A stretch of DNA of 64,000 nucleotides from an uncultured archaeon (GTDB lineage: Archaea > Thermoproteota > Bathyarchaeia > Bathyarchaeales > Bathycorpusculaceae), in contig CAWALK010000014.1 in NCBI GenBank assembly GCA_963782915.1, positions 1 through 64,000 on the forward strand. Direction: 5' to 3'. Under the pieces are notes generated by a model. It saw only the letters and a program-made list of their open reading frames with translations. It did no database searches and was not told the DNA's origin. The translations under genes and the position numbers were made by a program. How positions within the stretch are numbered: the first letter of the stretch is position 1; each line of letters starts with the position of its first letter. Shown here piece after piece: positions 1 to 12,134 of the stretch.

Positions 1-157
1 TATGCATTAGTTGGCTAACCATTTCTTGTTTGACAGTGGCTTCCCCATTTAGTTGCTGCGTAACGGTTTAGTTTTGGCTCCATTGATAAATATTACAGCC
101 TACAGAGACAGCAAGAACTGCAATCAAGCCTAAAATTATAAGTTTGGATTTAGCCAT
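1..157 (-). CDS. Secreted protein, paralog of the adjacent gene (runs off window start)
   Basis: Manual translation MAKSKLIILGLIAVLAVSVGCNIYQW resembles MAKTKLIVALLIVTVIASLAFNGYQW of the gene starting at 1089. Confidence 0.6.
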
Positions 158-237
158 ATTTCATCTGCTACTTTTTCGATTAATTAGGCTTTAAGCGTTA
201 TGACACTGGCTAAACAAAAAAGAGAATAATTAAGAGA

Positions 238-1089
238 TTAAAGGGAGCGTGCGATAACTATGCGCCAATCAGTGTTATAGATGCCAATAGTTGTCCAGTA
301 ACCTTCCTTGTTAACAACAGGCTTCCCTGAGCAATATCGTCAAAGTAATTGTAGGTGCCATATCCCGATTGTGTATCTACCACTTGGTGAATGAATGATT
401 GGAGTTCAATGTAAGCTGGTATTCATGGTCGGTGAAAATATTTTTGCCCTGTTCTCAACTGTGGCATCGTTAGCGTCATAGATCAATGTGCCATTGGTTT
501 GCAATGCATACATAATGTAGGTGCCGCTTATGGAGTCCTTCACTATAGGCTGTATAAGTTGGTACGGTTGAAAACGATGCTAAGGGACCCGATGAATTGG
601 CCGTTTGAATGAAATCTAGGTGAAACCATAACTATTCCCGGAAAGCCCTCTACAAGTGCGATGAGGTTGCTAAGGACCTGGCGCATGGTTTTGTGCATTT
701 GTAGGTTTTGTCTTGGCCTTTGATGTCGTGGCCGATAATGCTGCTGTAGTTGGTGGGCTGCACTGCTAATAGAATGTCTTTTTCGTCTGCTGTTGCAGCG
801 TTAACAATTAGTGATGGGTTGTTTGTGTATAGGTCACATTACTTTTGTCTGCTTGCGAACCAGTTAAGCCAGTGGTGGAAAACTGTTGGAATGCGGTTAA
901 AAGAATATCATCTAGTCTTAATAGTTCTGCGTTGATTGCTGCCTCTGCATGAATCAATATCTGAGCCATTTCTTCTTTATCACCCTGCTTTGAAACAGTA
1001 AGATTACTGCTCCATTGGTAACCATTGAATGCTAATGAGGCGATAACAGTTACTATTAAGAGGGCGACTATTAGTTTGGTTTTAGCCAT
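238..1089 (-). CDS. Membrane-anchored extracellular Cache-like domain protein (frameshifted)
   Basis: N-terminal TM helix. Reconstructed frames give VEGFPGIVMVSP..NGQFIGSLSIVF, LQTNGTLIYD and SGYGTYNY..YWTTIGIYNTDWRIVIARSL*, typical of Cache domains. No cytoplasmic output domain. Confidence 0.6.
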
Positions 1090-1186
1090 TTTTCATCAAG
1101 GATAATGTTCGAGGGTTTTAGTTTTAAGCCTTGTTACGCTGGCATAGCAGACTAGTTGGCGATTATAAGAAAAAGAAAAATTAAGA

Positions 1187-1924
1187 TTACTTTAGGTAAT
1201 CCACTGTAGAAGTCACAGACTTTACATTAACTGTTGCGTTCTGTTCTAATGAATTCGCTTAAGCCAACATGGTTGTTGAGTCGCCCCAATCGTAGGTGTA
1301 GCCAAGGCGTGTCCAAGGGATACTTCATGGGGTAGTATGAGTTGATTATGTTGCTGTTGAACCATTCTTTGTAGTCCGCGGTTGCGTTGGTTGGAAAATT
1401 CAGGCGATGCTGTTGTGTCGGTGATTTCGTTGTCTGGCGATGGGACGGAAAAGCGATTGCGGCTTAACCCATAATTCCACAAAATAGGTGTTAGAGGTGT
1501 TTGCTGGCAAACCCAGCAGTTGCGCTGCCCGAAGGTATAGTTCGCGTCTGATGCGACGTGGTCTTGGAAGAAAATTTGGATTTCTGGCGCCACAGTTACC
1601 CATGTGTCACCCCAACTGATTGTGACGTTTTGGCCGACGGGGTAGCTGCTAATGTATTTTGTCCATGTAACGACAAGTACGGTTGCGTTTTCGCCTTCGC
1701 CCTGCCAAATTAAATTGCTATTGTTTACGGTTATGGGTGTTAGGTTGGTTGTGATTTCGCTTGCTTTAGCAATCATTGCATCTTCGATGGCATTAGTGTA
1801 CCTTGGTCGAGTGTTGGCGGCGGCGCAAAAGCGGGACGATAACCGCTGTGTAGAGCGTAGATATTCCAAGGGTAGCGATGATGCCGATGAAAAAGAAAAC
1901 AGCAATTACTGTGCGGTTTTTCAT
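1187..1924 (-). CDS. Conserved secreted hypothetical protein (frameshifted)
   Basis: ORFs 1246..1905 and 1400..1603 join. Motifs RAAQLLGLP, FVELWVKPQSLFRP, YPWTRLGYTYDWG. Confidence 0.6.
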
Positions 1925-2026
1925 AGTTGCCCATCTTCTGTTAAGCATACGATTAAGCGCTTAATCCTTATAAAAAAATCGCAAAAACAAGTGGGCAAAA
2001 ATTGAAGAAAAGGATAGAAATAGGGT

Positions 2027-2671
2027 TTATTCGGCGGCTGTATCGTAGTAGCCTTTATCCACTTTAACAAAGATCAGTGGTCCACGGCTCTGTGCCATCT
2101 CTCTTGCTTTTCTTAGCGTATTGTTGAGTGTTGTGAAGATTTTTTCTTTCTCGTCAGCTAAGCTTTGAATGCTTTTTTCGCCTAACTCCATTTTTAGTAG
2201 GTTTTCTGCTAGGATTTCTGTGCCGCAGACTTCGCCATTTTTGATTAAGGTTGATATGACGATTTCTTGGAGTTCCTGTTTGTGCTCGAGTTTGCGCCAT
2301 AGTGGTTCTGCGTCGGTGATTGATTTGGTCATTTTGTTCCATTTGTTGGCGCTTTGGTTGCCGATGAGTAGTTTTACTCGTTGCTTCCATTTTTTAAACC
2401 AGATATTGCACCAAACTGTTAAGAATGCGTCTAATTCGTCTGCGTCTTCTCTGAAAAGCAATTCGAGTTTCTCGACGACTTCGCATTGGTTTGCCTCTTT
2501 GCCAATAAGGTTCCAATGGAATTTAAGGTAATTAGTAAAGTCTTGACAAGCCACTTGCAAGACTTTGCGATCCGAACCCATCACATCTAAGGCGGGGTCC
2601 GCATCTTTGAGTTTCTCCCCTATCATTATCTCCACGAAATTCATTATGATTCCCGCTGAAGCCCTCTCCAT
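2027..2671 (-). CDS. Hypothetical protein, 214 aa
   Basis: Intact ORF with protein-like helical composition. Confidence 0.7.
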   Translation of the reverse strand: MERASAGIIMNFVEIMIGEKLKDADPALDVMGSDRKVLQVACQDFTNYLKFHWNLIGKEANQCEVVEKLELLFREDADELDAFLTVWCNIWFKKWKQRVKLLIGNQSANKWNKMTKSITDAEPLWRKLEHKQELQEIVISTLIKNGEVCGTEILAENLLKMELGEKSIQSLADEKEKIFTTLNNTLRKAREMAQSRGPLIFVKVDKGYYDTAAE

Positions 2672-2777
2672 AATTCTGTAAGATTGAGGTTACAATTAAA
2701 CCTTATTTTCAAAACTCAATATAACTGCCTGTGCAAAAACGCGCTATATTACGAGCTTCGATATACCAAACAAGCGC

Positions 2778-3434
2778 TTATTCGACGTATTCTGGGAGCG
2801 AGTTTACGTTTGGCAGAACTAAATCGGGGTTTTCCTGTTCAAGTTCTTCTCTGCTGTAGAGTCCCGAGAGGAACCCAATTGTTCTTGCGCCTGCTGCTTT
2901 TCCTGCGCGTAAATCGTTGATGGAGTCGCCTGCCATAAAGCAGTCGCACATGTCAACGTCTAAGGCTTCGACACATCGGATTAAGCCTTCTGGGGACGGT
3001 TTGGGTTTTTCGGTGTCAAGGGCAGGTTACGATGTGGGTGAAGTATTTGGCTATGCCGTGTGTGTCGAGTTCTTTTTGCAGCACCGCATTGGGGACATGG
3101 CGCATGGTAAATAGGGCCAGCTTTGCTTTTTTAGCTAAAAGCTCCAATGTAAATTCTACGTTTGGCAGCAGTCTAGTTTCCTTTTCGGTGATGGAGTGGT
3201 AAGCGTCAAGGTAGACTGGGAGGAACTCGTCTGTTGTGCCCAATGTAATGTCCTCTAATGAGCGGCTCAGCTCGAGTCTTTTTGGCAATTCAAGCATAAC
3301 TGGTCGCTTGGCACTGGTTTGCCTACTGCGTGGAAAGCGATTTTGGCGGCTTCCAGATAGGCAACTGTAGAATCGACTATAGTGCCGTCTAAATCGAGGA
3401 ATATGCCTTTTGCTTTGAACTTTATCTGCTGCAT
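2778..3434 (-). CDS. HAD-family hydrolase (phosphoglycolate phosphatase-like), frameshifted
   Basis: Motif I FLDLDGTIVDS, KPKPSPE and motif IV MAGDSINDLRAGKAAG across frames. Confidence 0.85.
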
Positions 3435-3499
3435 TGTTGTCTGGTGTTGTGGGTGCTTTGTGTTTCTTTAAGGTTGCTCTGGGTTTGATGGATTTTTTG

Positions 3500-3820
3500 C
3501 TGCGGATTGGTTGTGGAGTTTGCCGCAAGCAATTGGCGCTAAAAGAGGGTCTAGAGTGATTTTTGCCTAACCCCCCTCTATCTATAGGTTAAACAAGTGT
3601 TGGGTTGGGCGTTTTAGTTGTCAGCATTCATTGGTTTAATGGTTAGAATAAGTTGCGTTTTTGGGAGTTTTTTGTTGTAGGTTTTATAGGCGTTTGTTTT
3701 TGTGCTCTGTTGGCTTTGGGTAGTTTAGGGTTCTTTTGCTTTTCCAAGGGCCTACCCCATCCCCTATTAAAAAGAGCTTTTGCTGCTCTGCCGACCCTCC
3801 CCCTCCCCTATATATAGAAA
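3500..3820. repeat. Dispersed G/T-rich intergenic repeat, family 1, copy A
   Basis: Collinear similarity to 30800-31092, e.g. AAGTGTTGGGTT, TTCATTGGTTTAA, GCGTTTGTTTTT, ATCCCCTAT. Confidence 0.85.
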
Positions 3821-3829
3821 CAATACGGG

Positions 3830-4510
3830 TAGTTTAACATGGCCAAAACATCTCTGCCAAGAGGGGAAATAGCGACGATGTTCCAATAAAGGAGAAATCA
3901 CAGGCACCGGCACATTATTTGAAAATATCATGACTTGTTCCAGCGCCAAATAAGCAATGAAGAAAATAATCAAATACTGAACAAAATGGAATCAGCAATC
4001 GTAACCGATACATGGACTGGCTTCTGTTTGGTTTGCCATCAAGTCTTGAATATTAACCAAGATCCTAGCAACGTAATCAAAAAGGCAAAAAACATTCCAT
4101 AATAAATAGTGAGAACCTGAGATAATTCCCCATTGAAGAATCCGTAATATACGAAACCTATTATTTCGAAAACAAACAGATTACCGAAAAGGCACCAACA
4201 TAACTCCTTAACGTATCGGCGCCTGAATTTCCGCAAATCGCCGAGCTTCAAAGTTTCTGCGAGGCCACGGAATTAAACTTACTAAGAAATCCAACTTACA
4301 ACCAACGCAATGATTACTGAAGTAGTTACCCTGAAAAAGTAATTTACTTGGACTAGATACGAAGGCACAGTTGAAGGGCACAGATAAGCTACGTAGGAAA
4401 GTTCAGCGGTGGCTAAGATTGTAACGAGTAGAATGCATGCATCAAATACTCTGTCTACGTTTCTTTCGACCGGTGCTTTCTTCATTGTTTGGCTGTTTTG
4501 TTGTAATCAT
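3830..4510 (-). pseudogene. Low-GC multi-pass membrane protein, fragmented
   Basis: Successive hydrophobic ORF pieces 4282..4485, 4039..4251 and 3767..3973. Confidence 0.5.
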
Positions 4511-4696
4511 TGGTTTGTCTCTTAGCCTTTTAACGGGTTAGCGTTTAGGATTTGTTATCGCTTAATTTAACGTTGCCATGGCATTGAATTATTTAAAATG
4601 TTACCTGCCGTAGTCTGAGGGTTATCTAATTACACTGAGAATAGAATAGGTGTAAAATGAAGCTAAAAGAAGGATAAAAGATAGCGCTTTTTGCGC

Positions 4697-6203
4697 TTAC
4701 ATGCCTGATTTTAGGCGTCTATAGGTGCTGTAATCAACGTATTCGATGAATGGGTTTTCCGCGAGGAATTTAACGTTGATTTTTTGGCGTGCGCGTTTAT
4801 CCAGCAATTGGCTTGTTGTTCGCAGTACGTATGCGTCGCTGCCTGCGCCTGAACCGTAGCTTGCAACCAATATGCGTTCTTCAGGTTTGGCTATGTCAAG
4901 GATTGCTGCTAAGCCGATAAGGGATGCGCCGCTGTAGGTGTTGCCGAACTTGTTAATTGATGGCGGGCATGAACTGTTCGTCTTTGAAGCCTAAGTCTTT
5001 AGCGATTCGCACTGGGAAGGTCGGGTTTGGCTGGTGAGGCACAAAGTAGTTTAAGTCTGATGGCTTTGAGGTTTTGGCGTTCCATAAGTTTGGTTGCTGC
5101 TTTGCGTACGTGTTTGAGGTATGCTGGGTCGCCTGTGAATCTGCCGCCATGCATCGGGTATGGTTCGCCGTCTCTACGCCAAAAGTCTGGGGTATCGATG
5201 TGCAGCTGTACCAGCCTTCGACTTCGGCGATGACGTCTTGTTTGCCAAAGATGAATGCTGCGCCGCCGTAACCGACGAAATGCGTCTAATTCTCCGCCGG
5301 GGCAACCTCTTGGTGCTGCTTGGGAGTTGTCTGCGCCGATAACCATGGCGTATTTGATGTTTGAGCGTGGGTAACTGACGAGTGCACAGGCGTCTTTGAA
5401 CATGCTTGTGCCGGCTTTGCAGGCGAATTCTGTGTCGACTGGCGTCTACGCTTTGTACGTCGCCTTCTTCTTCGCCAAGTTTGAGGACTTGAGCGACTTT
5501 GGAGGCGATTGGTTTCACTGCGTAGGGGTTGGATTCTGAGCCCACATAGACTTTGCCGACCCAAGTGCTGTCCAGCCCTGAGTGGATTAATGCGAGTTTG
5601 CCTGCTTCAACCGCTGCAGTCACGGAGTCTTCATCGATGAAGGGACTGCGCGTTCTAAGCCCTCGCCTTTTATGCGGAAACGTGAAGTGTAAGCGCCGTA
5701 GCCGACGATGCCGGGCAACTCGTATTCTTTGGTTGGTTGGATTACTTTGTATTCTTGGTGTGGATAGTACTCGTCTGCTAAGGTGAATGCGAGTGAGATG
5801 GTTGGGACAACGTCGCTTTTGCCAACGGAGTAGCGTCTGCGGAATCGTGGAACAACTTCTCTGCCTTCCAAGCTTGTAAGGTCACTTTTTCGCCGTCACA
5901 GGTTAATTGGTCGGTTAATCTGGCTGGGACACGGATTTTGCCGTCATGGAAAGAGACGATGCCGTAGACGAAGCTGTTTAGTTTGGAGAATTTGTTGGTG
6001 GGTTCGTTGATGAATGTGCAGAGTTCAAGTTTTCCTTTGTCATAGAATAAGTCGATGCTGTCCATTTTGCCGTAGCTTTTACGACCGCAGTCACTGCAGT
6101 AGTCGCGGACTTCAAAGTATTCTTTGCCACAGCAGCTACATCGGCTGGCTTTTAATCGGTCGCCTAAATAGGATACTCGACGCTCTATTGGTTCACTGCT
6201 CAT
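4697..6203 (-). CDS. DUF35 (Zn-ribbon/OB-fold) - hydroxymethylglutaryl-CoA synthase fusion (frameshifted)
   Basis: N-terminal CSCC..CSDC Zn ribbon and PRFRR OB tail continue in frame into PGIVGYGAY. HMGCS motifs DEDSVT, YVGSES, EFACKAG, PHQPN, GNTYSG, SYGSGAG. Confidence 0.85.
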
Positions 6204-7404
6204 TGCGTTTTCTCTCCAAGAATGGATACGTAGGCTTTAGTGCCGAAGCCTTCAAATTCGAAGACTCCGCCATATTTTAAGCCGTTGGAACAGTTAACTT
6301 GGCGTTCTGCTGCTTCTCCGCGGAGTTGACGGTAAATTTCATAAATTTGGGCTCCACCAGTTGCGCCCAATGGGTTGCCATCTGCTTTTAAGCCGCCGTC
6401 AGTGTTAACGTAGACTTGTTTGCCGCCTAATTCGTAGCTGGTTTGGTTGTTGAGGTAGCTTTCATGGATGCTTTTCCATGCGGTGCCCGGTGCGCATAAG
6501 CCGAGGTCTTCAAGGGTAACCATCTCCATCATAGTGGATTGGTCGTTAAGTTCCAAAAGAGGTATTTCTGAGGCGGCAACTTTGGCTGTTTGCGTTGCTT
6601 TTTTCATGGCCAATTCTGCAGCGACGAATCGTGAGAGGTCTTCTCGTGCAGGAGTAATTGAGGTAATCTGTGGCTGAAGCCGCAGGCTAAAACAAACACT
6701 GGGCGGTTAGTCATTTTGTTAGCGACTGCCTCGCTTGTGAGAATAACTGCTGAGGCGCCGTCGGACATTGGTGCAAAATCGTAGAGCCCCAAGGGTTTAT
6801 GGGCTGCTTTTCGTGCGTTTATAACCTGTTCAATGGTGATTTTTCTTTGGAACTGTGCATACTTGTTTTTGACTGCGTTCGCATGGTTCTTAACTGAGAC
6901 TTGTGCAAGGGCGATGTTGAGTTTTTCTATGTCTTGCCCTTTTATGCCATGTTTTTTGATGTATGCACGCATCATGAGTTCATGGTTGGATTCTGGGGTT
7001 CCGCCTGCATAGTAGCTCCATGGGTCGTCAAGGAGCATGAGGTCGTCTCGGATTTTGTCCCAGCGATCCGTCATTTTCTCTATGCCGCCGACGAGCACCG
7101 TGTTGTAGACTCCTGCCTGGATAGCGTGGCATGCAGTCATTAGGGCGGCGCTAAAAGATCGGGTGACCTCCATGGGTACATGCAATTCAGTTAATTCCGA
7201 GAGGAAACCCTCTTCGAGGCCGAGTTTGTTTGTGATTGGTAAGAAGCAATCAGACATGTAACAGGCTTGTAGATCTTTGCGTTCCATGTTACATTCCTTA
7301 GATGCGGCAAGCCAAGCTTCCTCGATGAGTTTCTCGGGTTCTTTGCCGTAGTGCTCACCAAACTTGGTTCTGCCGACAGCAACTATGGCTGGGCGGTTTT
7401 GCAT
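6200..7404 (-). CDS. Archaeal thiolase-family protein with degenerate active site (frameshifted)
   Basis: GRTKFGEH, VGGIEKMTD, KNHANAVKN, PMSDGASAVIL, LEDLGLC, NTDGGLKADGNPLGATG. Confidence 0.85.
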
Positions 7405-7710
7405 AATGTATGTGCTTCCCTGTTTGTGTTAGCATTAGAAGATTTTCAAAAACACCTATTAAGTGTTTGCCATATTCGAAGAAATTATGGGGCGATGGGC
7501 TAATATAGAGAGAAATCAGATACAATGTGCAAGGGAGAGAAAGCATGGGTAAAATTAAGGGAGCTTTGGTGGGACTCCAGCACCGAGTAGACGGTTTCTT
7601 CTATACCTGTGAATACATTAAGGAATGCGATAAGACTACTCCGCAATGCCGTGAGGGCGGGAACAGTTACTGCGGCGAATACAAAAAACGCAGCCGCACA
7701 AAATAATTGC

Positions 7711-9112
7711 CTAAACCGTGTGGTTATGGTTTATTTCTTTCTCTGTTATCTGAGCTTTTAGAGTTTCAATCAGTTTCTGCAGTTTCACGCTAAGTTCTAC
7801 AGGATACGCTGGCGCATTAGTCAAAACCTTGTATTGCTGAGGCAGTTTTTTGAGGTTCTCAGCGGCGAAGCTGCGGATTTCCTCAAGTGAGGGCAACTTT
7901 ACCAATAATTTGCCTTGATCCATCACTTTAACAAGCAACGGCTCACCGACCGCGGACTCATCCGTCAAAGCAATAATATCCCGCTTGAATGTGCCATCGC
8001 CATTCGTGAAACGGTAAACCTGCTTTCTTCCGGGCAGGGTTATTTTGTCTTTGCTAAGTTTCATAATCGGCGCAAACTTCCCATCAGGAGTTTGGGTTTC
8101 ACAGAGCTTATAGATGCCATCCAAGTAGGGGCGGTCTGCGCTGGTGCCCATCTTTGTGCCTACGCCAAAAGAGTCAATCGGCGCATCAGCGGATAGTAAT
8201 TCTGTGATTTTGTATTCGTCGAGGTCTCCGCTCGCAAAGATTTTGACGAATTGAAGATTATTGTCGTCGAGGATTTTTCTGATTTTTTTGCTGGATTCCG
8301 CCAAGTCTCCGCTGTCTAATCGGACGCCGCCTAAACCGATGCCCTTAGCTTGAAGCTCTTTGGCGACGACTACAGCTTTTTCTGCCCCTGCAATGTCGTC
8401 GTAGGTGTCGATGAGTAGGGTGGATTTGTCTGGGAATGTTTTGGCGAATGCTCGGAAGGCATCGATTTCTTTGGGATAGGACATGATAAATGAATGTGCC
8501 ATAGTGCCAAACACTGGGATACCATAAGCCATGCCGGCTAGGACGTTGCTTGTGCCTTGGCAGCCGGCGATGTAGCTGCTGCGGGCTACTTTCATTCCTG
8601 CGTCGATGCCAGGTTCCCGGCGGAGCCCGAATTCGATGACTGCTTTGCCCTTGGCGGCTTCTACGACACGGCTGGCTTTAGTGGCAATCATCGTTTGCAG
8701 GTTAATGGAGTTTAGCAGGAAGGTTTCGACCAGTTGCGCTTCGATGATGGGTGCAGTTATGCGGATGAGTGGTTCATTTGGGAAGGCGATTGTGCCTTCT
8801 GGGAGCGCCCAAACTTCACCTGTGAACTTAAAGTCTCTTAGGTAATCGAGGAAATCAGCGTTGGAACCCCTGCTTTTTTAGATAAGAAAGGTGTTCCTCA
8901 GTGAATTTGATGGATTGCAAGTAGCCTAATGCTTCTTCTAGGCCTGCAAAGAGGAAGTAGCTGCGGTTTTCGGGCAAGCGGCGGATGAAGAGGTCGAAGG
9001 TGGCGGTTTCAAAGTTTTTGTTGTCATAGTAGGCGGCGCACATGGTGAGTTCATAGTAATCTGTGAAGAGGCTCATGTTTTCCTCTTTTAGGTAGCCTAG
9101 AAACGGTTTCAT
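7711..9112 (-). CDS. pncB: Nicotinate phosphoribosyltransferase (frameshift near 8860)
   Basis: LFTDYYELTM, EFGLRR, GTSNV, GTMAHS, LIDTYD, GVRLDSGD, FGVGT. Confidence 0.95.
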
Positions 9113-9256
9113 GGGTATGTAGAGTTCTGGTTTGCGATTTAATTCTTTCCTCGATTGCTATGGCTGAAAATTGTTAATAGCGGTTATTCGGTGTTCTAAT
9201 GCGTAGCTTTAAATGCAGAACCGCTAACTGACACATCAAGGGGTAGATAGTAAACG

Positions 9257-12134
9257 CCGCTACTGTATCCAATCAAACATGTATTTCGAAACTGGAAACT
9301 ATTCACTGCACTTTTAATAGGAATCACCTTGGCGGCAACATTTTTCGCCGGTATAGGCGTTAAAGCTAACGTCGCTGCAGAGCAGTCGATGGAGCAACAG
9401 ATCAGTTCAGTAATGACTGATATGAGCTGTCAGGTTCCTGTTAATTCGACTAACCTTGAACACACCTACAATCTCATAAGTGGGATTAATGGGGTCAAAG
9501 ATGTTGATTATGTAGCGAACTTTTTTGGCCAGTAGGTTTACCGAGCAATAATTATACCGGTATGGGCAACTATGCGAGTATAGCCAGCTTCCCCGAACCT
9601 CAAAAATTAACGACGAATGGCTAAATTCACCCGGCGAAATTCCAACAAATTATACGTATGTCATAAAAGGAAGTAACCTTGCATCAAGAGTTAAAGTCGG
9701 CGACAACATTACTACTTCGCTTGAATTTCCAACTCCGAAATACTACAACTCCTCCTCAGTCTACGTTAACTTAACCGTAGCTGGTGAGATTGAATTAACC
9801 GATAAAGGATATTCCCTACTCACAGGAAACCCCTACTATTCTTCTGATTCAAAATCCCCTTACGGCAGCTTCAAGAGCGATTACCTAGTCATTAGCTGGG
9901 AAAACACACTCAAGCCGTTATGGAATAGCACTCTTGACAGCAGCACCGTCAGCCTAACTTATTCCATAAATCTTGATCGCCAAGCGCTGATCAGTCCTTG
10001 GAATATACAAACTTCAATAACTAACATAAACCAAATAGCCGATAGAGTACAAAACGAAATTCTGAGTGACTACTTAAGCCATGTAAATGTTAATAATGCA
10101 TTAAGCAGTGGATTATCGGGCTACCAAAATAACCTTCAACAGTTCTTGATTAGCTTTGTTGTTGTATCTATACCTATATTCTTCGTAGCATGGTATATTG
10201 GTTCAACAGTATCAGATGTCTCCTTCAACATTCGTCGAAGAGAAATCGGCCTTCTTTCAACAAAAGGATTATCGAGCGGACAAATACAGCGAATGTTCCT
10301 CACCGAAGCAGTAGTGATCGGCTTAATAGGTGGATTGTTAGGTGTCATCGGCGGCTTAATCCTCAACCAGTACTATGCTGGAGCAATCAATCTAAACAAT
10401 CTCTTTACTTCACAATTGTTTAGCCCCGAAATCGCAGTAATCACAGTTGTGTTCGGAATAGTGTTGGCGCTTTTCTCAGTGTTTTTCTCCTCTCGAAGAG
10501 CTTCGAGAATCCCTGCTGTCGAGGCACTGCGAAATGATCTTCCTCAAGACAGACCACGCCGTAAAATATTCCCGATAATTGCCTTGATTCTTGGAACCTA
10601 CAAGATCGTGGTTTATGCCTTCGGCATCAACATCAACACATTGTTAAGTCAATTATCATTCTCTGGCGGAAATATCTTTCTTAGCCTATTGGCAGCGCCA
10701 CTTCAAATTTTTGACGCAATTATGACGCTCATTGGACCCTTCCTGTTCTTCTGGGGATTCACTAAACTGGTAATCCGCGATTCAACAAAGTTCCAAACCG
10801 TCGTATCCAAGATTGCATCTGTCATGGGTGACTTAGGTGCATTAGCAGCCAAGAACGTGCGAAGAAACCCTGGCCGCTTAGCAGCGATAGCCTTCGTCAT
10901 AGCCTTAATCATAGGGCTCAGCGTTCAAGCTACTGGCCAAATAGCCAGCCAACAAGACTACATCATAAGGAACGTGCAGGCAGAGGTTGGTGCAGACGTG
11001 CAGGTTAACTTGGCGAATGCTTCAGAAGGACAAATAGTCGTAAACAACCTATTAGCTAATGTCTCTGGTATTCAGAATGCAACGGTTGAGCGTATACTTA
11101 ACCCTCAACTCCATGGGAGCAATATGTATGGCGTCACTGTGAAGGTAAAAACCATCGATCCAGACACATGGGCATTATCAGCCCATTACGAAGATGGCTG
11201 GTTTAGTGGAAACAACCTCCAAGATGCCCTTAAAGCAATGAAAGCAGACAACAACACCATCATAGTCAGCCGAAGCTTTGCAAAACAATACGGTTACCAA
11301 CTCTATGATAAAGTACCCGTTGATTTCGCCTCTTGCCCACGTTCCCTAAAGATTGTTGGGTTCTTTGGTCCTGAACCCTCAGAAAACTCGGGAGGTGGCG
11401 TGTACTATGCAACTTCAAGCTCAAGGTCACCTGTCTACATTTCAGGGTCATCATACTATTACGACTCTTACAACTCGCCAACTGATTGTTACGCACCAAG
11501 AGATCTCTTCAACGTAACAGACGCATCCAGCGGCATCTATCAATTAGAAAGCTATCAAACCAACATCCTAATCAAACTCCAACCCGGTGTCAACGGAACC
11601 ACAGTTGCACAACAAATCCGCAACCTAGACCTCGACATACGCACCGTCAGCTCCTTTGATGAAGAATGGCAAAGCTCCAACCAAAATAACAATGCAGTCA
11701 CCTACAGCAGCCTACAAACCCTTGACATGCAAAGCTTCGGACTAATATTCGCAGTAATATCAGCTTCAGTGGGAACCGCCCTAATAGCCATCGTCAGCTT
11801 AAAGGAACGAAGCCGAGAAGCCACACTCATGAGCGTCCGCGGCTTATCCTATCGGCAACTGGTCTGGATGTTTCTCACCGAGAGCTTAGCAATCATAACT
11901 TTCGCAGTAATCCTGGGCGTAGTCGTAGGCATAATAATAGTCTATGGAGCATCGCTTCAGCTAACTCAAATCTCTACTGCTTACCCTGGTTCTCAGCGCC
12001 TAATCTTCCCCGCCAACGCTGTAACAACAATCGGCACCTACGTTGCACTGATATACGCCTCCACGATAGGCGCAATCATAGTAATGTCAAATCAATACGT
12101 CACAAAACTAGAAAAGATGGTTAGATCAAGATGA
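9257..12134 (+). CDS. FtsX/MacB-like ABC transporter permease (N-terminal part frameshifted)
   Basis: RRREIGLLSTKG and ERSREATLMSVRG permease motifs with large extracellular loops. Start approximate. Confidence 0.85.

Noticed and set aside
3560-3820. G-strings with TATA as ORB/replication origin
   Set aside because: No TCCA..GAAAC ORB core and no cdc6/orc1 gene in the window.
7555-7600. tRNA-like 3' end (..CCCACCA on the - strand)
   Set aside because: No TTCGA T-loop or cloverleaf could be built.
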